NCBI GenBank assembly: GCA_965203555.1 | Contig: CBDBCY010000004.1 | Coordinates: 448,001 to 512,000 of the forward strand | Length of the DNA stretch: 64,000 bases | Source of the DNA: Acidimicrobiia bacterium | Lineage (GTDB): Bacteria; Actinomycetota; Acidimicrobiia; Spongiisociales; ZC4RG35 | Direction: 5' to 3' | Shown here: one piece after another, positions 39,516 through 47,779 of the stretch | Layout of the letters: the number at the start of each line of letters is the position of its first letter | Numbering within the stretch: position 1 is the first letter of the stretch | Notes under the pieces: generated by a model | What the model saw: the letters and a program-made list of their open reading frames with translations, nothing else | Database searches by the model: none | Told to the model about the DNA's origin: nothing | Program-made: the position numbers and the translations under genes

Positions 39516-40286
39516 TCACAGCCAGTAGCGGGCAACTGCGGCGAAAGTGTCCGGATCCAGGCTGGCGCCACCGACCAAGGCGCCGTTGATATGGCGTTTT
39601 GCCATCAGCGAGGCCACGTTGCCCGGGTTCACCGATCCCCCGTAAAGAACCCGCACCTGTTCGCCCGCCCGGGGGCCGCCCATAGCGGAGACGGTATCTC
39701 TCAGCAGGCTGCACACCTCATTGGCGGTAGCGGCGTCGGCATGGCGGCCGGTGCCTATCGCCCATACCGGCTCGTAGGCAACCGTCACCTGCCCACGCTG
39801 TTCGGCAGTCATACGCCGCAGCGCCCCGCGCAGTTGGGTGGTGACCACCCGTTCGGTCTCCCCTGCCTCGCGTTCCGACAGGGTCTCCCCCACACATACC
39901 ACCGGGGTCATCCCCACCGCCAGCACCGCCCGAACCCGTTTGTTGACCATCTCGTCGGTCTCCCCGAACATCGCTCTTCGTTCCGAATGACCCACGATCA
40001 CATAGCTCACGTCCAGCTTGGCCAACATTCCCGCCGACACTTCACCGGTGAACGCTCCTTCATTTCCCCAATGGACATGTTGTGCGCCCAGCCCGAAGGG
40101 CATCCGGTCGGCCATGATCAGAGTCTGGACGGTGCGCAACGATGTAAAAGCAGGAGCGATCACCACTTCTGTGCGATCAAAGTCAGAGACGTCCAGTCGG
40201 TACCACAGCTTTTGGGTCACTGCGATGGCCTCCAGATGGGTGAGGTTCATCTTCCAGTTGCCGATAATCAAACTCTTCGAAGTCAT
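39516..40286 (-). CDS. tpiA: Triosephosphate isomerase
   Basis: GNWKMN, GAFTGEVS, VGHSERR, AYEPVWAIGTG, LYGGSV, LVGGASL. Confidence 0.97.
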   Translation of the reverse strand: MTSKSLIIGNWKMNLTHLEAIAVTQKLWYRLDVSDFDRTEVVIAPAFTSLRTVQTLIMADRMPFGLGAQHVHWGNEGAFTGEVSAGMLAKLDVSYVIVGHSERRAMFGETDEMVNKRVRAVLAVGMTPVVCVGETLSEREAGETERVVTTQLRGALRRMTAEQRGQVTVAYEPVWAIGTGRHADAATANEVCSLLRDTVSAMGGPRAGEQVRVLYGGSVNPGNVASLMAKRHINGALVGGASLDPDTFAAVARYWL

Positions 40287-40293
40287 GTTTCTC

Positions 40294-41475
40294 CTAAGGT
40301 ACCCACTTCTTGAGGACTTCCACTCCGGGTAACGCCTTTCCCTCCAGCAACCGGAGCCCCGCCCCCCCACCGGTGGAGAGATGGGATACCCGGCTCTCCA
40401 GTCCCAGAAGCCTCATGGCCGCCACCGAATCTCCTCCACCAACCACCGAGAAGGCGTTTGAAGAGGCAACCGCCCGGGCAACCCGCTCTGTTCCGGCTCG
40501 AAAAGTCTCCCATTCGAAGACGCCCATCGGACCGTTCCAGAAAATGCTTGCCGCGTCCCGGCAAACATCGGCGATACGAGCGGAAGTAAGGGGGCCGATG
40601 TCCAACCCCATCTCCGCGTCTCCGATACTCGCCGCGGCCGTGATCCGGTGCTCGGCGTCAGCCTGGAATGATCGGGCCGCCACCACATCCTCCGGGAACA
40701 GCACCTTTCCACCATGAGGACCTCGGAGCAACTCTCCGATGGCAGGCGACATCTGCTCCTCGACCAGGCTCTTTCCCACGTTGTATCCCTCGGCCAGCAG
40801 GGCCGTGAAGGACATGCCGCCCCCGATCGCCAGCACATCGCAAATCTCAACCAGGGCGGACAGGACTCCCAGCTTGTCGGAGACCTTCGCCCCGCCCAGG
40901 ATCACGACGAACGGTCTGGGAGGATCTTCGAGCAGTCTTCCCATCGCTTCCAATTCCGACACCAGGAGGGGACCGGCGACTGATCGGACCCGGGTCGCCA
41001 CTCCAACGGTGGAGGCATGAGCCCGGTGGGCAGAACCGAAGGCGTCCTGGCAGAACAGATCGGCCAACTTCGCCAACTGATCCGACAGTTGGGGATCGTT
41101 GGAGGTCTCCTTGGAATGGAACCGCGTGTTTTCCAGGAGAAATACCTCCCCTGGCCGACCATGGCCAATCACCTCGGAAGCTTGCGGTCCCGCTACCACC
41201 GGCAGGTGGCGCACCGCAAAGCAGCCCAGCTCCTCCATGCGGCGGGCCACCGGCGCCAGGCTGAAGCGGGGATCAGGGCCCTTCGGCCGGCCCAAGTGGC
41301 TGCACATTACCACCGTGGCTCCCGCCGAACGCAATCTCCGGACCGCCCTCAGAGACGCCCGGATGCGAAAATCGTCGGCTACCCCGCCATGGGCCAGCGG
41401 AGTGTTGAGGTCAGCGCGCACCAGCACCCGGCGGCCCCCGGTATCGACATCGTCCAGAGTCAGGTAGTCGGGCAT
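40294..41475 (-). CDS. pgk: Phosphoglycerate kinase
   Basis: VRADLN, SHLGRP, LLENTRF, DAFGSAHRAHAS, GGAKVSDK, WNGPMGVFE, GGGDS, STGGGA. Confidence 0.96.
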   Translation of the reverse strand: MPDYLTLDDVDTGGRRVLVRADLNTPLAHGGVADDFRIRASLRAVRRLRSAGATVVMCSHLGRPKGPDPRFSLAPVARRMEELGCFAVRHLPVVAGPQASEVIGHGRPGEVFLLENTRFHSKETSNDPQLSDQLAKLADLFCQDAFGSAHRAHASTVGVATRVRSVAGPLLVSELEAMGRLLEDPPRPFVVILGGAKVSDKLGVLSALVEICDVLAIGGGMSFTALLAEGYNVGKSLVEEQMSPAIGELLRGPHGGKVLFPEDVVAARSFQADAEHRITAAASIGDAEMGLDIGPLTSARIADVCRDAASIFWNGPMGVFEWETFRAGTERVARAVASSNAFSVVGGGDSVAAMRLLGLESRVSHLSTGGGAGLRLLEGKALPGVEVLKKWVP

Positions 41476-41482
41476 TGTCCCA

Positions 41483-41846
41483 TCAGGGCCAGACCACTTC
41501 GCTATTCCAGCCTCGACCCTCATGCTGTCGGAGGGTGACTTCATCCAGGATGGAAAAAGCGGCCTCCGCAGGCCGGCGAACCTGGGGCAGGAAGAAGAGG
41601 CCTGGCATTCGCCGGCTATTTGCTATACGTTCCAAGGCACAAGGCACCATTGACTTACGATCATGTGTCAGCACCGTCCACTCGTTAGCTGCCGCCCATT
41701 CCAAAATCCCACGATCACCCATTCCCATCAATCCCACATCCTGTACGCGAAACAGCGCTATCTCTACTTCGTATTTTTTTGGCGGATTCGAGAAGTATCG
41801 TCAACACACGGGAATTGAAGTCCTCATCCGCGAGGAACCGGATCAA
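41483..41846 (-). pseudogene. DUF5615 PIN-like toxin, frameshifted in an A7 run (41774-41780)
   Basis: TTG 41846 gives MIRFLADEDFN; with one A removed it continues RVQDVGLMGMGDRGILEWAA...VLTHDRKSM. Confidence 0.8.
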
Positions 41847-42205
41847 CGCTCGCCGCTGGCCAACTGGACCTGTGGGCGTCGCCGCTCTTGTTCCTTTCTA
41901 CGCCTGACTTCCCTGAAATACGGTTCGTATTGAGTTCTGATCTGCTCTGCCCTCTCCTCTGTCCACTTCATATAAGCGTCCACCTCCTCCCGACGGGTCT
42001 GGTACCACTCTAAAATTCGTTCCACAACCTCCACTGTCAAGGTGTCGAAGGAAGACACGATCTCTTCCGGCCTTGTAAAGCCCTTATAGTACTCACAGAT
42101 CACCGTTTCCAACTTCAGCCGGGTGCCAGGGATCCGTATCACCCCGAATTCATGGTCCATCCAAAGCGGCACGTTCTCGGCCGGGTCAATCTTCATCAAT
42201 GCCAT
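41843..42205 (-). CDS. DUF433 antitoxin
   Basis: GVIRIPGTRL.LE.VI..Y..G...EEIV.SF.TL; TTGA overlap with the DUF5615 gene. Confidence 0.85.
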   Translation of the reverse strand: MALMKIDPAENVPLWMDHEFGVIRIPGTRLKLETVICEYYKGFTRPEEIVSSFDTLTVEVVERILEWYQTRREEVDAYMKWTEERAEQIRTQYEPYFREVRRRKEQERRRPQVQLASGER

Positions 42206-42282
42206 CTCACCCCCTTGGAGGCCGTTCGGATTTTACCTGCACGACGGGGCAAACCCACAGAGGTTCATCAAACCACAGGAAC

Positions 42283-43176
42283 TCACCCGGCGCCTGCGTC
42301 GCGGTGAAAGACCGACACCTCCACCTGATGGTCCGCCAGTCGGCGGGACAACTCCTCGGAGATCGCCACTGAGCGATGGCGACCGCCGGTGCACCCCACG
42401 GCAATAGTCAGATACGATTTGCCCTCGGCTCGATAACGAGGCGCCAGGAATCGCAGCAGTTCGACAACCCTCTGCATGAATTCCACGGAGTCGGGATTGT
42501 CCAGCACGAAGGCCGCCACCTCGGGATCGGATCCCGTTTTGGGACGCAAATCAGGTTTCCAATGCGGGTTGGGCAGGAAACGGACATCGAAAACTACGTC
42601 GGCGTCGCGGGGCAGCCCATTCTTGAAACCGAAGGAGACGACGGAGATACGCATCGTCCGGGTCTTGCCTTCGCCGCCGAACCGGGCAACTACCCTGTCG
42701 CGGAATTGGTGGATATTGAAGTCGGAAGTGTCGATGAACACATCGGCGGATTCACGCAACCCCGATAGAAGACTCCGCTCGGCGGAGATCGACGCCGGAA
42801 GGGACTCTCCCCCCAGGGGATGGGGGCGCCGGGTCTCTTCGTAACGGCGGATAAGGACGCGGTCTTCGGCATCCAGGAAAACCACGGCGGAACGGATCCC
42901 GATTTCCTTCAACCGCTCGACCGCATCGCCAATCACTCTCTCGGGACTCGGCGGCGAGTCCCATGACCGGACCACCAGGGCGAGCGGAGCGGTCTCGGCC
43001 AGCCGCCGATCCGGCGAAGCGAACTGGACGATCATCGCGGGGGGGAGATTGTCGATCACCCGATAGGACAGGTCTTCCAACACCCGGGCCATCGATCCAC
43101 GTCCGGCCCCTGACATGCCGGTGATCAGAAGGAGCTCAGGCCGGCGGTCCGACGGGGCCGGATGGGTTTCGCCCAC
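42283..43176 (-). CDS. rapZ: RNase adaptor / P-loop protein RapZ (YvcJ)
   Basis: ITGMSGAGR, IDNLP, ETRRPHPL, SFGFK.G.P, DVRFLPNP, GCTGGRHRSV. Confidence 0.93.
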   Translation of the reverse strand: MGETHPAPSDRRPELLLITGMSGAGRGSMARVLEDLSYRVIDNLPPAMIVQFASPDRRLAETAPLALVVRSWDSPPSPERVIGDAVERLKEIGIRSAVVFLDAEDRVLIRRYEETRRPHPLGGESLPASISAERSLLSGLRESADVFIDTSDFNIHQFRDRVVARFGGEGKTRTMRISVVSFGFKNGLPRDADVVFDVRFLPNPHWKPDLRPKTGSDPEVAAFVLDNPDSVEFMQRVVELLRFLAPRYRAEGKSYLTIAVGCTGGRHRSVAISEELSRRLADHQVEVSVFHRDAGAG

Positions 43177-43182
43177 AGGCGC

Positions 43183-45009
43183 CTACTTCCCGTGTAAGAG
43201 TAGGTGAAGGTCGTCGGCCACCCCGGCAGGCACCACCTCGGCCAACTCCGCTACATCCGCCTCCCTGAGGCGACGAAGCGACCCGAACCTGCGCAACAGG
43301 GCCCGCTTGCGGACCGGGCCGATCCCGGGAGCCTCATCGAGCAAAGATTCCATCATCCCCTTGGATCGAAGTTTACGGTGATACTCCACCGCAAACCGGT
43401 GAGCTTCGTCCCGGATTTGCTGCAGGATGTATAAAGCCTCGGCCCGGCGGGAGATACGGAGCGGCTCGGCCAGATCCGGGAAGTAGACCTCCTCCATCCG
43501 CTTGGCCAGACCGATCACCGGTATGTCAAGGTCCAATTCGTCCAGCACTCGCACCGCCCTTCCCAACTGTCCGACTCCCCCGTCGATCACCACCAGGGAG
43601 GGGGGATAACGAAAGCGACTCTGCCGGTGAGCGGACTGGTCGCGGCTGGTCAGATAAGCGGTGAACCTTCTTCGGATCGCCTCTTCCATGGCAGCGAAGT
43701 CATCCTGACCTCGTACCTTGCGAATCTTGAAACGTCGATACTCGGCTTTACGGGGCAGTCCGTCTTCCATCACCACCATTGACGCCACCGTGTGGGTTCC
43801 CATCAGGGTGGAGACATCGAAAGCCTCGATACGCAAAGGCGACTCAGGCAATCCCAACACTTCCTGGAGGCTCCGAAGCGCCCGGGCGCGGGCGTTGTGG
43901 TCGGACTGGCGTCGCAAACGGTGACGACCGAACTTTTCCCGCGCATTGGCTACCGCGGTCTCCATCAACCGGCGTTTCCCACCCCGCTGGGGCACCCGCA
44001 CTTCCACCCGACCTCCGCGTCGTTGAGCCAGCCATGCCGCGAAGACCTTGGGATCGGGCGGCTGTTCGGGTATCAACACCAGCGAAGGCGGTACGCGGTC
44101 CCCGTACAACTCCCTGAGAATCGAGCCCATCAACTCCTGCTCGCTCACCTCTTCCACCCGGTCCACCACCGATCCGAGCTGGCCGACCACTCTCCCGCGG
44201 CGGACGAACAATACCCAGATGGCCGTCTCCAACTCATCCCCGTGCCGGGCAATGAGATCGAAGTCCTCCCGCCGGTCCGTCACCATCTCCTGGCGAGCCA
44301 ATGCCTTCTCGAGATCGGTCAGTCGATCGCGGTAACGAGCGGCGGCTTCGTACTCCAATGCATCGGAGGCCTGGCGCATGCTGGTCGTCAACCCATCCAC
44401 CACATGGTCCACGTCACCCTGCAAGAACGAGGACAGACCGTCGACGGCCTGGCGATACTGCTCCTCGGACACCTCCCCCACACAAGGCCCGGAGCACTTC
44501 TCTATATGAAAGAGCAGGCAGGGACGACCTTGCAGGTGCTGCCGGCGGAACAGCGAATCCGAGCAGGTTCGCACCGGGAAGGTGCGCAACACCAGGTCGA
44601 GTGTCTTGCGAATGGCGTAAGTGTGGGCGTAGGGACCGTAGTAGGCGGTTCCCTTGCGTCTTCTTCCCCTCATCACATGGGCGCGGGGCCATCGGTCGGA
44701 ACGCGTGATGGCCAGATAGGGGTAGCTCTTGTCGTCCCGAAGACGGATGTTGAAGCGAGGTCGATGAGCCTTGATGAGGGAGTACTCCAGCATGATGGCC
44801 TCCACCTCCGAACCGGCAACGATCCATTCCACGTCCCGGGCGGATTCGACCATCGCCGACGTGCGCAGATGCAGTTGCGTGCCGAAATAAGAGAGTACCC
44901 GTTTGCGAAGCGACTTGGCTTTGCCGACATAGATCACCCGGCCGTGACCGTCCCGGAAGAAATACGCGCCCGGAGAGTCCGGTATCTCAAGGGTAGGGGG
45001 ACGGTCCAA
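43183..45009 (-). CDS. uvrC: Excinuclease ABC subunit C
   Basis: GIY-YIG (YVGKAKSLRKR), LRDDKSYPY, RIEAFDVS, IDGG.GQL, RDEAHRFA, HhH GIGP. Confidence 0.96.
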   Translation of the reverse strand: MDRPPTLEIPDSPGAYFFRDGHGRVIYVGKAKSLRKRVLSYFGTQLHLRTSAMVESARDVEWIVAGSEVEAIMLEYSLIKAHRPRFNIRLRDDKSYPYLAITRSDRWPRAHVMRGRRRKGTAYYGPYAHTYAIRKTLDLVLRTFPVRTCSDSLFRRQHLQGRPCLLFHIEKCSGPCVGEVSEEQYRQAVDGLSSFLQGDVDHVVDGLTTSMRQASDALEYEAAARYRDRLTDLEKALARQEMVTDRREDFDLIARHGDELETAIWVLFVRRGRVVGQLGSVVDRVEEVSEQELMGSILRELYGDRVPPSLVLIPEQPPDPKVFAAWLAQRRGGRVEVRVPQRGGKRRLMETAVANAREKFGRHRLRRQSDHNARARALRSLQEVLGLPESPLRIEAFDVSTLMGTHTVASMVVMEDGLPRKAEYRRFKIRKVRGQDDFAAMEEAIRRRFTAYLTSRDQSAHRQSRFRYPPSLVVIDGGVGQLGRAVRVLDELDLDIPVIGLAKRMEEVYFPDLAEPLRISRRAEALYILQQIRDEAHRFAVEYHRKLRSKGMMESLLDEAPGIGPVRKRALLRRFGSLRRLREADVAELAEVVPAGVADDLHLLLHGK

Positions 45010-45089
45010 CCGTTATCTTTCGGGTTTCACGAGATTCCGTTTCATCCCACATGCTCCCCGTTCTCCCAGGTCAACAGACGAATAGCCAA

Positions 45090-45520
45090 GACCGTGAAAC
45101 GCCCTGGAGGCTACGGCGACGGTAGAGGTGGTCACGGCCTATCCCTGCTTGTTAAACCAATAACCATCGAAGGACGCCTTTCGAAAACATGGGCCCAACG
45201 GGTCCGCATCAACCGAATCATAACCACGCTTGGACTGGGTAGTTACCCGGCGGTCACACTCGCTAAGGCACGCAAGCGGGCCCTCAAGAATCGGCGGGCA
45301 ATCGAAGAAGACCACAACCCCAGAGAAGAAAAGACACCAACGTTCGCCGAGGCTGCTGAGCAAGTGACCCAACTTCACGCCACCAAATGGAAGCCAGGAG
45401 GCAAACCAGAAGTCCAGTGGAGGGCTTACCTCTCTAACTTTGTGTTTCCGACCCCAGGCAACAAACGGGTTGACGAGACAACCAGCGCTGACGTTACGCG
45501 ATGCCCTGCTCCAATCTGGG
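45090..45520 (+). pseudogene. N-terminal remnant of a P4-like tyrosine integrase (arm-binding domain)
   Basis: PGGYGDG..GLSLLV....KTW......LGLGSYPAVTLAKAR.RA...P...PTFAEAA; no catalytic domain. Confidence 0.75.
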
Positions 45521-45684
45521 TAATGGTTCAGTTTGAACTGAGCCACTGCCACGCCAGGTCTTATGAGGTAGTTGGGACCAGTGTGCCGTCGGCCATGACA
45601 ATCCCCGTCCTCACAGTGGCATTCCACCAGGCCGCCGCCGAGATACGGGCTGATTCAAACCCGGGATGACCCGTCGAAACGCCA

Positions 45685-47490
45685 CTACCCGTCGGGTGCT
45701 TTAGGAAGTGCCCTAATGATGAACGACGCCGTTTGTGCTCTGGTGACCGCCCCATGAGGACAGTACAACAGAGGATCTGTGGAGCATCCTCGGGTGATGC
45801 CCGTCTGGTAGAGGCCCTCGACGACCGACCAGTGCTGTTGTGCCACGTCTTCGAACAGGCCCTGCGGGGCGTTCACCTGGTTGATGTGGTCGAACATGCG
45901 GGTCAGCCACTCGGCCATTTCCAGCCGGGTGAGCGGGTCGTTGGGGCGCCACAGCCCGCCGGCGCCGGTATCGACTCCTAACTGGGCGATCCTCAAAGCG
46001 TAGTTGGTGTACCACAGACCGTCGGCCAGGTCCTCATAGGGATTGGTGGTGGGTGTTGGGGGGTTGGGTTCCCCGATAGCGCGTAGGAGAAAAGCGGCCA
46101 CTTCCGCCCGGGTCACGGACCGGTCCGGGCAGAACAGTGGTTCCGGCTCGGTTGCGCATCCTCGGGTGATACCCAGGCTGGCGATCCGGTTGATGTCATC
46201 TTCGTGAACACTTCCGTCGTCATCGGTGAAAAGATCCTCTGCTGGGGTTTCGTCTGAGATTTCTACTTCGTAGGCGTCGCCGATGCGCCGCACCACCCGG
46301 ATGGTGGTGTCGTTCCAGGTGAACTCGTCGCCTGGTTGGGAAACATGCATGGTGGGGTCGCTGGGCCACTCCCAACCGATTTCATCGCTGCTGGTATCGG
46401 TGGAATGCGGGTAGGGTGTCGTGCGACGGTCCTGACCCGCGCACGGTTCGTCGCGGCACTCGTCCGGTCCGGAGGGCGACTTTCGGGGTCGCTGGTCAAT
46501 GACGTAGGACTCCACCCCTTCTTCGGGTATGCCACGGTCGTGATACTTCGCCACTCGAACCCCGAAGGTGAGGAAATAGCCCTGCTGTCCAGACGGCACG
46601 ACGAGCATCTGCATTCCGGCTTCCCACGTGGCATGCAAGGTGACACGATCGGTTCCTCCCCCGAAAACATGCACATCCGAGGGTGCTATCCACCCCGCGG
46701 CGTACCGGTTGGCAGCGATGGTTCCAACCGTGAGACCCTCAAAAACGTCGTCACTGTGATCCAGTCCCCCTATCAGATAGGACCCGCTCATGACGTCCAT
46801 CGGATTGTCCAGTTGATATAACCAATTGTCTTCGTGCAGAACACCGGTGAACGAAGACGGCCAGTCGAAAGTCAACCCCATAAGGTGAGCTTGATGATCG
46901 GCCCATATATGGTGCAGATCCGGCCCTGCCACAAAATCCACTTGGATGACCCGTCCGTTGGAGCCGGAAGGACCCCAGGTACGCCCGGCGGCGGGACTGT
47001 CGATCAACGCCGACCCTTCCGTAGCACCGGGAATACCGGGCGGTTGTATCACGAACCCGGCGGCATACCGGCCGGAGGCCTGTTTCTGGGCCTCGGTCCA
47101 GCACGCCGCAGTCAGAAAGCTGGTGACGTTGGTGCCTGCCACGAAACGCACCGAATACTTGCCGTTGGACACCGACGACCAGTACTCGCGAAGGCCAGTC
47201 TCGTTGTTCAGGTAATCAACGGCTTCGCCGAGGGTCGGATCTACCCGGTCGGGATGGCAGATCGAAACCTCGAAAGTGTCCGGGCGGGTCGTGTAATAAG
47301 ACGTCTCGTCCCACTCGGCGAACAGCCCCAGAGGATCAGCAGCGTAAGGACCATCGACAGCCCTGGCCGTAGCAGGCATCAACGACCCCGCCAAAACCGC
47401 CGCCACCATCGCCAACGCCCCCCAACCCCCCACAATCCAAAACCCCGCCCCAGAAACAGCTCTTCGTGTCACCCCAAAAACGATAGACAC
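45685..47490 (-). CDS. Secreted SLH-domain protein with a degenerate metzincin-like domain; start approximate
   Basis: Signal-like N-terminus (..MPATARA); C-terminal SLH repeats FTDDDGSVHEDDI..GITRGC..FCPDRSVTRAEVA, PNDPLTRLEMA, YCPHGAVTRAQTA. Confidence 0.85.
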   Translation of the reverse strand: MSIVFGVTRRAVSGAGFWIVGGWGALAMVAAVLAGSLMPATARAVDGPYAADPLGLFAEWDETSYYTTRPDTFEVSICHPDRVDPTLGEAVDYLNNETGLREYWSSVSNGKYSVRFVAGTNVTSFLTAACWTEAQKQASGRYAAGFVIQPPGIPGATEGSALIDSPAAGRTWGPSGSNGRVIQVDFVAGPDLHHIWADHQAHLMGLTFDWPSSFTGVLHEDNWLYQLDNPMDVMSGSYLIGGLDHSDDVFEGLTVGTIAANRYAAGWIAPSDVHVFGGGTDRVTLHATWEAGMQMLVVPSGQQGYFLTFGVRVAKYHDRGIPEEGVESYVIDQRPRKSPSGPDECRDEPCAGQDRRTTPYPHSTDTSSDEIGWEWPSDPTMHVSQPGDEFTWNDTTIRVVRRIGDAYEVEISDETPAEDLFTDDDGSVHEDDINRIASLGITRGCATEPEPLFCPDRSVTRAEVAAFLLRAIGEPNPPTPTTNPYEDLADGLWYTNYALRIAQLGVDTGAGGLWRPNDPLTRLEMAEWLTRMFDHINQVNAPQGLFEDVAQQHWSVVEGLYQTGITRGCSTDPLLYCPHGAVTRAQTASFIIRALPKAPDG

Positions 47491-47779
47491 CACCTCCCAG
47501 ACGGACAGGAAAGGGGAACTCTCTCCCCCTTCTTGCGGAGACACCACAAAGTCGTCCGGGACACCCGCCCCCCAATTCAAATGTCCCGACTCCGCAAAAG
47601 TGGGGGCACACCTACAACTCCGATAAAGCCGGGGCGGTTCAAACCCTAACATCAATATGGCCACCAAACGGGGGCAATCTCCCCAGTGTGGTAACTGTAC
47701 CGGTAAACAAAATGGAAAGTCCTTCTGACCTGCCCTTTAACCCCCCGATATTGAGGGGAGGTCCATCCCTTGTCCCGGA

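Noticed and set aside
43792-45669. 625-aa + strand ORF
   Set aside because: Mostly the antisense shadow of uvrC; only about 45090-45520 is meaningful (integrase remnant).
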